Source of the DNA: Azolla caroliniana | Taxonomy: Eukaryota > Plantae > Polypodiophyta | Length of the DNA stretch: 64,000 nt | Reading direction: 5' to 3' | NCBI GenBank assembly: GCA_043228905.1 | Contig: JBHGNT010000064.1 | Span: 62,001-126,000, forward strand | In this document: positions 13,827 through 27,113 of the stretch, in pieces | How positions within the stretch are numbered: position 1 is the stretch's first letter | Layout: each line of letters starts with the position of its first letter | Notes under the pieces: generated by a model | Database searches by the model: none | What the model was told of the DNA's origin: nothing | What the model saw: the letters and a program-made list of their open reading frames with translations, nothing else | Position numbers and translations under genes: made by a program

Positions 13827-15754
13827 TGAAGGGCTCATGGCCGATTGGGCCGTGGTAAATAGGGTGTTCAGCGGAGAAGCTCAACCGGATCCGGATCAGT
13901 ATCTAGAACGGAGAACCAGATAGGTATCCGGAACCAGGAGTTAGATTGGATTGGAATCGGTGGGCCGTTGGAGGCCTACGAATCTAGCCTAGTACGAAGG
14001 CATATTTTTGGGAGTTAGTGTCAGTCGCTCGTATGAGCATTGAAGTACATGTCAATACTTCTGTCAGTCCATGTAAGGACTTGTATAAAAGTGCTCTCTA
14101 AGCACATTCTATGTACACACCATTATTATTTTGAATTGAGTGCATGCTTTTTGCTCTCTCTATATCTCCCGTGTAAGGGTTCCGTTAAACCCATGTCTAT
14201 ATTCTGTTGCTATCTGGTTGAGCCGGTTTTGTCTTAAGCTTCCACATATTTACTTTTACATGGTATCAAAGCGCGAGGGTTGAGAACCTCTGCAACGGAC
14301 GAGTGATTTCTGAAGACAAACCCTAACACATGGTAAAGAACAGACAAAAGGAAAATATGGACCGAGGAATGGCTAGCTCACTCCAGACGGAGAAGCTCAA
14401 TAGATCCAACAATGCATCTTGGTCGTACAAGATGCACAAGTACCTACTCGGGCACGGTTACTGGAGTTATGTCAACGGAGCTAACGATATGGCACCTGAT
14501 GCAGCACATAGGGACTTCCCGACTTGGGAACAAGAGGCAAGCAGAGTTATGTATTGCTTTGCGCCCAATATCAACGATCAACTACTGAGCCATATCCGGC
14601 ACGCCAAGACGCCGAAGGAAGCCTGAAGAAGGACTTTGCCGCGAGCACCACAACTCGGAAGCTGCAACTTCGACAAGAGTTGAGCAATGTCCAATAGAAG
14701 GACATGTCGGTGGCCGACTACATGGCCTGCATCAAAGACATCTGCGACTCACTTGCCTCTATGAACGTAACCATCGAGGAAGATGAGATGGTGCATGTTT
14801 GTCTCGGGGGCTTGGTGTCGAAGTTCGTAGCATTCCATATGGTGGTCTATACAAGGGAGAATACACCCTCGTTTTTCGACTTACAGTCGATGCTCCTAAT
14901 AGAGGAGAACCACATGAGTGCGTCAACAAGCATAGACACTGACAACAGGATGTTGTACACAGAGGCGGATCGGCCCCGCGGTCGTGGCAGATGAGGCAAT
15001 TCGGCACGTGGTGGAAGCGGCCGACAAGAGCAAAATCGGAGGTACAATGATGATGCCGACAACAGTTTTGGACCCTCCACAAGCAGGGGGAGTCAAAGCG
15101 GTGCCAGAAACCGACAAGAGAAGACCGCAACGGAATGTTGGTATTGTGGCCGGAAGGGCCACATGGAGAGCCAGTGCTGAAAGAAGCGCGTCGATTCGGA
15201 CAAATCTAGATCTGGCAAGGCCGATTGGGGAAACCAACAAAGTTCGCACTACACGGAGGGACCGGAAGGATCCAATTCCGGAGATGGATCAGGTTCGGCC
15301 TTTGTGATGAAACACAAGGCCAATTCAGTGAAGACAAGCACCTAGAAACCAAATGAGGTATGGTATGTTGACTCTGGCGCGTCAAACCATATGACATGCC
15401 ACACGGAGTGGTTTGCTTATCTAGAAAAATCGGAACAACCGGGGGTGGTCGAAACCGGAGACAACACCCCTCATACCATCGAGCACATTGGTGAGGTCCC
15501 ACTCATCCATGTCGGGCAGAAGGGAAAGCTGATGAACATCTTGCACGTCTTGACATAACAAAGAATCTTGTGTCGGTCGGACAGATTGTCCACCAAGGGA
15601 TGCAGATCCGGTTCACACACCTCGAGTGCTTCATCGAAGTAGAGGGCAAAGTCATCGCAAGGGCGCCGAGACAGGAGGATGTTTATCCTCGAAATGAATG
15701 ATGTTGGCGAAAAGGCAGAAGGTCGAGTCTGACATCGACCTATGGCACAAGCGG

Positions 15755-18700
15755 TGTTATATGTTTTAGGGTTAGGGTTAATGATGATAATGATAAAGAT
15801 AGGAATAGGGTTAACAATCATGGTAGATTAATGAAGATAGACATGGTGATGGAGAGTATGATGGTGAGAGATCATGTAGAGAAGCATTGCGGGGTGGGGG
15901 GTGGTGCCTAGAATGGCTCCACCCCCCTCCCAAGGGGTTCAACGTTAAAGGGGAGAGAGAGAGAGGGAGAAAGAAATGACAAGAGAGAGAGATTGAGAGA
16001 GAAATGGTTATTTTTCATTCATTCCCATAAGGGGTTAAATAGTACAAGAGGGGGTAGATACAAAGGGGTGTAAGCCCCCTAGAGCATTCATACTGGACAC
16101 TCACTCACACCTCCTCGTATCCATCCACATGCACACACGTGTGCATGTGTTCACATATGTATTGACTCACAATTACATTTATGCCCCCTACACACACACA
16201 ACAATCATCATGATAACATTTGATCCTCGCTCATCACATTGACTCTCCGTACATCTCGTACGGGGTAACACAATATGGCACGCCCGTGGGAAAGTGCCTT
16301 GCACGTCGATCCCACATGCCTTGATGATGATATTTCTTCGACCGGAACTTCCATCAGTCCTTTCAACGATCGACTCCCTCGATCGGAATGCTTGACTCGA
16401 ACATCTTTGTCGGTCAGCAAATCGTTCGCGACACAAACATTCTCGTTCTGTCGGCTTACGAACTTCGTCATGGGTCCAAAATCATGTCGTATGTATGTGT
16501 GTTCTTCCTTTGTTTTGAGTGTGTGTGAGTAGTCTTGGGGATTTTCAAAATTCTAGTGGTGCCCTCTTGTTTTTAAAATTTTATATTGTGCCATTATGTT
16601 TATGAAATCTTTATGAATACCCTTTATGTTTTTAAAATTTTGACAATGCCCTCAGGTTTTTGGAAATTTGTCGGATGCCCTCATTGTTTAGAAATTTCTT
16701 GGATGCTCTTTTATCATTCTCTTTTTCCCTCATTTTTTTGCTTTTTCTTTTTCTTTTTCTTGCCTCTTCTTCCTCGACCGGTTCCTGTTTCGTTGCCTTT
16801 TCTTCTATCTTTTTCTCATTCTTGCTTATGTTGTTACTATTACTGTTCCTTCTCCTTCATCTTCCTCTTCTTCTCGTTTTCCTTTGTTCTTCTGCTACTG
16901 CTTCATCTTTCTCTTCCAATTCATTTCTTGTTCTGCTTTGCCTTTCCCGTTCTCTTCTCTACTTCTCCATTTCGGGTCTCATCGCCATCTCTATCCCTGT
17001 CTGTGAGGTCGTTTTAGTCCGCGATCCTGTCTATGTTCGACACTCTGTTCCGGCAGTCACTGTCCGGCCACTATTCAGCCGCCTTCATCTCTGGCCATTT
17101 TGGTCGGTTGTTGCTTCGACCGCTCCTGTTTTGGCCACTTGTCCGATTGTTGTTTTCCTTTGTCCGGATGCTCTGGCTGTTGTTCGGCTACTATCCGGCC
17201 ACTCCAACCGCTCTGACTGTTGTCCGGCTGCTCTTCAGCAGTTGTCCGGCCATTCCGACCACTCTCCGGCCACTTCGATCGCTCCGGTTGCTTCGGTCTG
17301 GTCACTCTCCGACCTATCTGACCGCTCGAACTGTTGTCCAGTTGTCTCCATCTTCGTCGTTGTCTGGTGTCGTCCGGTCTGGCTGCCTCCGTTCCGGCAC
17401 CGTTCAGCCACTACGACCACTCTTCGGTCGCTCTCCGGTCAGTGCTTCTCCAGCCTCTCGTCAGTCGCCATTCTGGTTGTTATCAACCGTTCTTCTGCTC
17501 CTATCTGGCCACACCGGCTTCTCTTTTGCCTTTGTGCGGCCACTCCGGCCGCTCATCCTGATGCCTGTCTGTTGTCTTTTGGCTGTGCGTCTGGTCCGTC
17601 TTCTCGGTCATCTGTCCGGTTCTTTCCTACCCATTTTCAGTTGTGTCGCTTGAGTCTGTATGCTTCCTTTTCGCCCGTCCATTCTTCTCTGTCTGTGCTT
17701 GTGCAGTCTAGCTTGTCTGGTTGCCTCGTTTTGTTTTGATATTGTGTAGTCAGTCGTCCATGTCTTTTGGGCGTTGTCAGTTTTTCTGGCCGTCAATGTC
17801 TTGTCAACGACAACGTCTCCTTCTATGTATACGTTGGCCCTTCTATGTTAACCAACTTTGGGTCTGGTTCTGATTCCGGTTCTGACTCTCTCTGTGTTGC
17901 TTCGTTTAGAACCATCTCTCGTGCATTTTAGCACATTTTGCCGGCCTCCGCTCCACACATTGCGTCTTCCACTGTAGTCTCCGGGTGGGCTTCTCTTTCC
18001 GGTCGTGCTGGCGCCGGTTCCCTCTGCGTCGCTGTTTGTCCAGCCGTGCATCTTGCAATACGCATTCGAAACACACACATACGCATTCGAAACACACACA
18101 TTGTCGCTAACCGCTTTCGGAACCACGCACATTGACACATTGACTCGCACAAAACGTTGTTTCCATTTCCGTATTCCTCCATAGACTTCCTCCAACATCT
18201 TCACCATCATTTTCACGTTTCGCCATTTCTTGCACTTAGTCGCTATGGCTTGCACATCCGCATATCATTCTTCGACTTCGTCTCCAAAGGGGGGTCGCCT
18301 TAGTGGTCGCCAAAAGGTGTTATAATCCTAGGGGCCGGACAACAGCCTAACACAGGGTGTCCACTTAAGACACTTCACCAAAGGGTGGTACGACAGAATG
18401 ACTTATGGCACAACGCTTAATTAGACCTTAATCGGTTACTTAGCAATCCATAATTAACATGCGTAAGATATAACAATGAATACAGAACGGTAATCAACAC
18501 TGGGAGATTAAGACAATAAGCTTTATTAATTATCCGCTCCTGATTACATTGTAACCGGGCCTTTTATAGGTCTCCGGTGCGAAATACAAAACGGTGCCAA
18601 CCGGCACCTTTACGGAATCGGTCTGGATCCGGATTGGCATACCGATTCCGGTCCGTCCGTCCACATCTTCTCATATATTAATATCTATATTAAGATTACT

Positions 18701-18781
18701 AATTACAACAGTTCCCGAATAAACTATTCCTTTTCACACTCTAGTTTGGACCTCCTTAAGCCTTCTTGCCAGCCGGTAACA
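15755..18781 (-). mobile_element. Non-autonomous LTR element B1 with two non-homologous LTRs (15755-16270 and 18318-18781)
   Basis: TSD AGCGG at 15750-15754 and 18782-18786; left LTR matches those of B2/B3; right LTR unrelated apart from termini TGTTATA...GGTAACA; internal region homologous to B3. Confidence 0.85.
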
Positions 18782-19818
18782 AGCGGATCAGCCACATCAA
18801 TGTCTGGAAGCTTCACGAGCTACAGTCGGAACACGTAGTTTCCGGACTGCCGAAGTTTAGTGGCCGAAAAGGCCAAATATGTGAAGCTTGCCAGCTTGAG
18901 AAGTAGCATAGGCTTCCGTTCCCCAATCAGAAGAATCGGAGCCGAAATCGTCTTGATCTTATCCATTCGAATGTGTGGGTACCGGCACAAAACGTGAGCA
19001 TCAGTGGGAGTTGGTATTTCATCTCCTTCATTGACGATTTCACCCGGCACACTTGGATCTATCTAATTGAGAAGAAAAGCAAAGTCTTCTCATGTTTCCG
19101 GGATTTCAAGAACCTTGTTGAACGTTGTCGTGATGATTTTCGTCCATAGTGAGAAAACCGAGCGGGATAAAGAAAATGGGGATGTGCAACGTTGCACATG
19201 CACTTGTACATTTGTATATAAAAATAAGATAAAAAAATGTAAAGGGGAAGAGCATTAACCTAAGGTGCTAAAGGTGCTTCACGGAGTTTGTTAAGTGTAA
19301 ATGTGTTACCCGGACCCGGACAGTCAGTTTTACTGAACAAGTGGGAAAGCGTCGAAAACGGAGTCGGTTCGGATCGACTGTTCGGATCGATGACTCAGCA
19401 GTGAACGAAGAGAACTAAGTTAGTTAGATAATTTTGTAATTCTTGATAGTAAGTAGGAATAGTTCTTGATGAGAAAAGACCTTCGGTATACCTATAAAAG
19501 GGAACCGAAGGCATTGTAAGAAAGGTCGTTTATTTAGTAATATAAGTTTAAGTTAGGAATATCATGTACGGATTCTGTGTTCTTTCTATTGTCTATTTTG
19601 TTAAGTGCAATCTTCCTAATTTATAACTAAGTAACGATCACGGTAATTACCGATTAATATAGTATATTTCTGTTCGTAAAACACAATTCCTTGTTAGAAC
19701 GTTCAGTAGCGACGTTCACTCTTCTGTATCGGTAGTAGTTAGTAATTAGCCGATTAACACAGAAGAAATTTGGCACGCCCGGTTACATCTGCAATTAAGC
19801 AGAGAACAAATCGAATGG

Positions 19819-22800
19819 ATGTCGTCTGAAGAGGAGACACCGGTCGGTTGTAAGCGCCCTCGTACAAGGTCAGTTACGAAGGAAGTGCAGGAAGCGTTCA
19901 TTGCGCAAGAACAGCCGGAATCAAGCACAAAGTGGTCGAAACTTCCTGACTTATCCGATCAATTACCTTCAGACGAAAAACAGACGAAGAGGTATCGTTT
20001 TACGACATTTGGGACGATATGCCTTATACTTATTCTAAGTTCCGGGAAGGAACAGATGCGGAAGCACATGTTAGGGATTTCTTAACGACATGGGAGAGTA
20101 ACCATGGAGCTCAGCGATTGTCGGCAGATGCCGAAGATAAGTCAAAAATCGCTGAGTTCGTCTTATCATTAGACGGATATTCCGCCAATTGGTTTGCGCA
20201 GAACGGTCTTCAAGGATTTCCATCCTTTGAAGTGTTAACTAGTAAATTTTTACAATTATTTCATCGACAAATTCCGCAGAAGGATTTGATTGCGCAATTT
20301 TATGCGTTATATCAAGAAAAAAATGAAACAGTATCTCAGTTTGTGATACGATTTCAAAACTTACAGCTTCAGATTTCAAGGCCGATTCCGGATAATGAAT
20401 TAAAAGAAGTCTTTCTAGAAGCTGTAAAAGAACCATTAAGGACGACATTGAAAGTGTTTGATTTTCGAAATCAGACTATCGAACAAGTAATTGATAAAGC
20501 AATAGAAATGGGTCGACCACCGGTCAATGTTCAGAGTATGGACATGTCGGCATTACAACGTACATTACCAACAATAGAGGAGTTACAATTTCGTCAAGCA
20601 GTTCAATGCACCACTTGTTTAAATACGGGGCATTCGGCAATTGAATGTACGTTAAGAACACATTGTACAATATGTCATTCAAAATTACATTCAATAGAAC
20701 AATGTGAATATAATCTGCTTAATAAAACTACGGCGTCAGTACGACAAATTTTTACTGACAATGGTTACCAAAATAACACTAATCTGTTCAATGGTTATCA
20801 AAATAATAATTTTTCACAAAATCAGCAAAATGTACAACAAAATCCAACTTTTCAACAAAATCCGGTTCTACAGCCAAATCAGATCTTTTCACAACAAAAT
20901 ATGCAACCCACTCAAGAGACTCAAGCATTTCAACCAGGTTTTGCTCAATCCAACCCACCATTCGTACAGAATCCGAATCAATATTTTCAACAAAATAATC
21001 AAAGTTTCCAACAAGGTAACCCACCATTTCAAGGGTTTCAACAGAACTGTCCGAATGTGCAACCGAATTCTGCATTTCAACCGAATCCGGCATTTCAACC
21101 GGGTAATATGACCTTTCAACATAATACTCAAACCTTTCCACAAAATAATCAAATGTTTCAACAGAATAATTTTCCGCCAAATCAAGAGTTCGGGATAACA
21201 CAAAATGTAGCACAACCAAATGATAATACCGAACAATTTAGGCAGAATCGGTATAAAAATAAGAAATTTTACAAACCAAAAGCTACACGTCAATTCCAAC
21301 AAAACCTGAGTGGTAATGAAGAGCAACAATTTAATAACGACCAATTTGCACATGGAGAGACCGGTGGAACATTTGTACCCACTTGTTATATTTGTCGACA
21401 ACTAGGCCATTATGCTAATCAATGTCTGGTTAAAGGAAAGGGTCCAGTAGTTAATATGGTAATACCGGAAGTTCAGCAAGTAACGACACGCAGCAAAAGC
21501 AAACAATCAGAATGGGAAATTCAGGAAGCAGTTCGGAAGGCGGCAAAAGAATGGGTTGACGAAGCAAATCAAAGTAATGTGAATCGAATGTTACAAGACA
21601 ATAACATTGACCAGAACATCGCTGTACAACAGTCATTGGGGAATAAGGAACAGGAAGAAACTTGGAAACTGTTGGCTGATTGCCAAGTGTCATTGCCACT
21701 TACGGGCTTACTTAAGTTAGTACCAAGGTTTACAGAAAAAGTGGCAGCATTAATTGCATATAAAGGTTCCGAACAAATAGCAGTACACTACAATCAGCCA
21801 AGTAATAACCCTTCGATCATGGATGAACAGAATCCGTCGATTAAGGTAATACTTTACGGGCAAGAAATCGGAAATGTGATTATAGATGGAGGCTCGGGAG
21901 TTAATGTGATTAACAAAGCTACATGTGAAAAACTAGGAATCACGGAATGAGAAGCATGTCCATTTTGGTTACGAATGGCAGATACAAGTACGGTACGACC
22001 GATTGGTTTGCTTCGACAACTGGATGTAATAATCGGGGGACACAGTTTTCAGATTTCGGCAATAATTTTGCAGTTAGAAGCACAGGGAGCATACCCCTTG
22101 TTATTGGGGAGACCATGGTTAAAGACAGCTAATATCAAACAAAATTGGAAACAAAATGTGCTAACATTTAGGAAAGGAAAAACTAAGGTCAGGATTCCGA
22201 CGCACAACAAAGTGACAACAAGCAAACAGAGTTTACCTGTACATGCAGAAGCAGTTAATATGATGGAAGGATTGGACGAGGAAGAAGAAAGTCAGTATTT
22301 TAATGATAATCAGAAAATCATCCCTCTATTTGAGGTAGATATTTTGCAAGCATTAACACCATATGTAGACTCACACGAAGAAGTGCCAATAGATGAGCAA
22401 ACAATGAAAGAAATACGAATGCAACAAGAAGCTACAGATAAGGAAATGAAGGTATCTCAGAGAGTGCAAGCCTCAGCATTAGAGGAGATCTATTTGGCAG
22501 GAGTAGAGGATGGTGAAAGAAAAACAGTCTTGATTGCTAGAGATTTGGCGGAAAATGACAAACGGACATTAACAACATTACTATTACAATATAAAGATGT
22601 TTTTGCATGGTCGTTTGACGATATGAAAGGTCTGGATCCCGCTTTTTGTCAACATCAAATCAATTTGCATAAAGATGCAAAGCCAGTACAACAACGCAGG
22701 TACAGGTTGAATCCGAATTATGCTATCAAAGTAAAAGAAGAAATCGATAAACTCTTAAAAGTAGGATTTATTCGACCCGTCAAAAAATCAACATGGCTGA

Positions 22801-25325
22801 GTCCGAAAGTAGTAGTTCCGAAAAAGAATGGGAAAATTCGCGTATGTGTGGATTACAGAAAATTGAATGCAGCGACAATTACGGATGCGTTTCCGTTACC
22901 ATTCACAGATGGGATATTAGATGCAGTAGCTGGACATGAAATTTATAGTTTCTTGGATGGGTTCAGTGGGTACAACCAAGTACGGATGAATCCGAAAGAT
23001 CAGGAAAAGACAGCTTTTGTCACAGAATGGGGGTGTCTTTGTGGCAGTAGTAATGATGTTCGGTTTAAAAACAGCTCCAGCTACATTTCAACGGGTAATA
23101 CAGGAAATATTCGGGGAATATATTCCAGCTTTCATGCAGGTGTTTTTAGATGATTTTGCGGTATATAGTCGGAAAGCTGATCATTTTGAGCATTTACGGC
23201 TATGTTTAGAAAAATGTCGAAAAGGGCGTCTTAGCTTAAATCCAGCCAAATGCGCATTCAGAGTAATGAGTGGTACGTTACTTGGGCATATTGTCAGTCA
23301 AGAAGGGATTGCAGTGGACCCGGACAAAGTTAAAGCAATTATTGAGGCAACACCACCGACAAATGCTAAAGCTCTAAGTAGATTTTTGGGTCAAATTCGG
23401 TGGCACAGTAGAATGATTAGATATCTAGCAGACATTGCTATTCCGTTACACATAGCAGTACACAAAGTTCCTTTTATATGGACAAGTATAGAACAAGATG
23501 CATACGAATGTCTCAAGAAGATGCTGACAAAGGTTCCGGTAGTCCAACCACCGGACTGGAACAAACCATTTCATGTTTTCGTCGATGCGTCGGACATTGC
23601 CATAGGCAGTGCTTTAATGCAATTATCCGAACCAAACTGGTATAGGCCGGTATACTATGCCAATAGGAAACTTTCGTCGGCCGAAAGAAACTATTCAACA
23701 ACCGAAAGAGAAGCTTTGGGAATGATATATAGTGTGAACAAATTTCGACATTACCTTTTGGGTAAGAAATTTACATTTCATGTGGATCATTCGGCTCTAC
23801 TGTATCTAGTTTCCAAACAAGAATTGACAGGCAAGTTAGCCAGATGGACGTTATTGCTTCAAGAGTTTGAATTCGACATTATACATCGACCAGGAGCATA
23901 GCACGCGATTGCTAACTATCTCAGTCGGCTTGAATCTGGAGAAGAAGCGGTTGGTGTTAAAGATGATTTTCCAGATACTCAATTATTTCGGGTTGAGGCA
24001 GTAAAAGCACAAGAAATGAATGAGGAAAAAGAGGATGAATGGATTTCCGAAATGATGATATTTCTATCAACAGGAATTCCGGCCGAACACATGTCGACAG
24101 ATGAAAGAAAAAGAATTGCAGTACGAAGTCGAAATTTTTGTTTATTTAATGACATGTTGTATCATAAAGGAGCGGATGGAATATGGCGAAGGGCAGTACG
24201 GAAATTTGAAAAATTAGCCATATTAACAGAGTCACATTGTGGAATTGCTGGCGGTCATTACGCAGGAGAAGCAACAGCCAGAAAAATATGGAATAGCGGG
24301 TTATGGTGGCCAACGATGATGAAAGATGCTAACGAATACTGTAAGAAATGCGATTTGTGTCAAAGAATGGGGCAACCGACCGAAAAGGATCGAATGCCTT
24401 TTCAACCGGTTTTACCTCTTGAGCCATTTCAGAAATGGGGCTTAGATTTTGTTGGCCCATTCAAACCAGTAGCTGCAAGAACCGGTAATCGATATATCAT
24501 AATTGCGACTGACTATTGCACAAAATGGGTTGAAGCAAAAGCTCTCAGAGACAATACAGCAGCATCCACAGCAAAATTCCTGTATGAAAATATATGGTGT
24601 CGATTCGGTTGCCCAATAGAATTGGTAAGCGATCAAGGCACTCATTTTATTAACAAGTTAATTCACGAATTAACCAATTATTATGCCGTAGTTCATAAGA
24701 AAAGTACGCCTTACTATCCCCAAGCTAATGGATTGGCAGAATCGACAAATAAAACAATTCAAACAATTTTAAAGAAGATAGTGAATGAAAATCGTACTGA
24801 TTGGGATCAAAAGTTAAATAGTGCATTATGGGCATATCGTACTTCGTACAAAACATCCATTAAATCAACACCTTTCCGAATGGCATTCGGACTTGAAGCT
24901 GTTATGCCGATCGAATTTCAAATTCCGACACTTCGTATCCAAGCGACGAATAAGTTAAATGAAATAGAATTGGAGCAGATACGCAAAGAGGCTTTATTAG
25001 TATTAGAAGAAGAACGGATTCAATCAATGTCAGCACTAGAACACAAGCAGAGACAAATCAAGGCATTCGTAAATCGACATCGAAGGAAAGCGGAAGAGCA
25101 ATTCGAAATTGGGAAACCGGTATTGGTATTCCAGACGAAAATGGGACTTATGCTTGGGAAACTCCGGTATAGATGGACAGATCCAGTATGGATAATTAAT
25201 AGTAAAAATGGTACGTATCAGCTGGGATCATTAACCGGAGAGGTTTTACCGAAATGGGTAAATGGATTCCGGCTTAAACCGTATTTGGGAGATATGCCGG
25301 TAAACCCGTTTATTCAAACGGAAGA

Positions 25326-25329
<4 letters not shown>
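19819..25329 (+). pseudogene. gag-pol of element F with few lesions
   Basis: Capsid region, three CCHC knuckles, protease IIDGGSG, RT (RVCVDYRKLN, FLDGFSGYNQ, FLDDF), RNase H (VDASD, NYSTTEREALG), integrase (HHCC, WGLDFVGP, SDQG, PQANGLAE). Lesions: in-frame stops at ~21948 and ~23899, frameshifts near 20000 and 23030. Confidence 0.9.
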
Positions 25330-25358
<29 letters not shown>

Positions 25359-25409
25359 AACTAACTCACTCAATAGCAGTCGACAGAAAATCGACAACAA
25401 GCAGAGAAG

Positions 25410-27113
25410 ATGCCACAAAGGACAAGGGTTAAACAAAAGGCTAATCGGCAATTCCAACCAGAAAACAGTGATGAGTCAGCACCGAAAAGGCAACGCACAA
25501 AGGAAAATTCGAATACGCCTGTAGTAACAGAAGTAATAAAACCAGGGAATGAGAGCGTTTCGACACAACTTCAACAAGGACAATCTTCAAAAGTAGCAAT
25601 TCGGGAAGCACATGGGTGCCTGGATATTCCACCAGCAGCACATGAATTAGCTGCCATTTTACAGTTCGGAACTTCATACGAACTGGTTGAATGGTTGGCT
25701 AGAAGATTGACAGAAGTATCAGAACGGCTGGCTCAAGAACATCATGACCGAATAATGATACAGAAGTCCTTACGAGGAGTGTTGGAACCTCAAGAAAAAG
25801 CAGAGATAGAGAAAATCGGCCGGAAAAGAAATGCACAGAATAGAGGGGAGGCTATTGAAATGCCACCATTACATGAAGCACTGGTCGAAATTCATAGAGA
25901 ATATGAAAAGGCACGCAAAGCAGCCAGTGATATGGCTGAAAGATACAAAAGTGTATCAGCATCGGCGGAGGTGCTGAAACGTCAGTTTTGTAACATACAG
26001 ACAGAAAATAAAGAACTAAAAGAAATTCTAAACAAATCGGAAACACAGGCATGACCTATGGTGTCGGAGTCAGAATGGTAGCAGAAATTGGAGGACGCCG
26101 AGAAAGCACGTCAAGCAGAAACAACAAGGGCCAACAATGCTGTATTTCGAACTACAGAATTAGAAAAACAAATAGAAACCATTCAGAATGGCCAATACAA
26201 AGTTCTCGAAGAAAAAAATCAATTAATAAATGAATTACAGAAAAATCTGGAAGAAGCTAAGACGGCCAATCATACATATACCGAATAAATTGAGGAATTC
26301 GAAAGGTATATAGTGTCACAGGAAAGTCAATTGACAGAAAAAGAGTGGAGTCTTGAAGAAGTCAACAGAAGAATTACGGAACAGCAGGAGGAATGGAGCA
26401 AAGAGAAATCGGCATTCGAACAACAACTGAACGAAATCCGGAAGATATCGGAACAAAGGCGGCTGGACATATATGTAGTCGAATCCAAACTAATGCAGGC
26501 TGAAAGTGAAAACCGAGCCACCATTACGGATTTACGGAAAGAGTTGCAAGCCGCTCAATTCGACGCAAGCATCACTAAGGACAAAGTGCAGCACAGCATA
26601 GGGAAACATTGAAACCTAGCAAAGAAAATGATCGACGAATCCCTTGCGCAAGGATGGAAGTTATGGACGGCACAAGCGGCGGAATTACAGTTATTGCGTG
26701 CCGACAAAAATAACCGTCAGGTCCAAGGTGCAGGTTTTTTTAAAATGGCACAAAAGGATATTGACAATATCCAAGAGGATATCATGAAAGATATGGACGA
26801 AATTGCGGCATTTTACAGAGAAGAAATTCAACGTATTATGCAAGAATTCGACAAAAATGATATAGGCACTTCCGTCTAGTTGGATAAAATCGAAGCCGAA
26901 AGAACCAGCAAGACTCCTGGTCTTCAAGCTCCCGGAAGAAGTGAACCAAAGCAGCCAACCGAATCACAACATTCAAAACCTGCTCCGAATGACGACTGTG
27001 ACACAGATGAAGATGAAGATGAAGAGGAAGATATAGATGGAATACATCCAAGGCCAGAAGAGCCTTCGATTTTTGATATTCTGAACGATTCGGATGAAGA
27101 GCTACAGGAATAG
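25410..27113 (+). pseudogene. Extra ORF of element F in the env position: coiled-coil, E/K/Q-rich protein with acidic tail
   Basis: Run of same-strand ORF pieces (25410-26054, 26088-26288, 26313-26612, 26628-26879, 26880-27113) between the pol stop and the 3' LTR; heptad-like composition; no obvious TM segment. Confidence 0.7.

Noticed and set aside
16276-16291. tRNA gene or SINE
   Set aside because: Only ~16 nt match a tRNA 3' end; no A/B boxes or cloverleaf seen.
16586-17739. Long hydrophobic + strand ORFs in family B (also 28764-29690 and 60927-61886)
   Set aside because: C/T-rich strand is depleted of stop codons; ORFs occur in several frames and are not conserved between copies.
18321-18710. 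Initial reading as a solo LTR inserted into B1's right LTR
   Set aside because: No remainder of the B LTR and no separate TSD follow; the segment ends in GGTAACA directly against B1's own TSD.
21948-21950. Programmed stop readthrough between gag-PR and pol in F
   Set aside because: The stop lies inside the protease domain and is best explained as a TGG to TGA mutation; other lesions are present.
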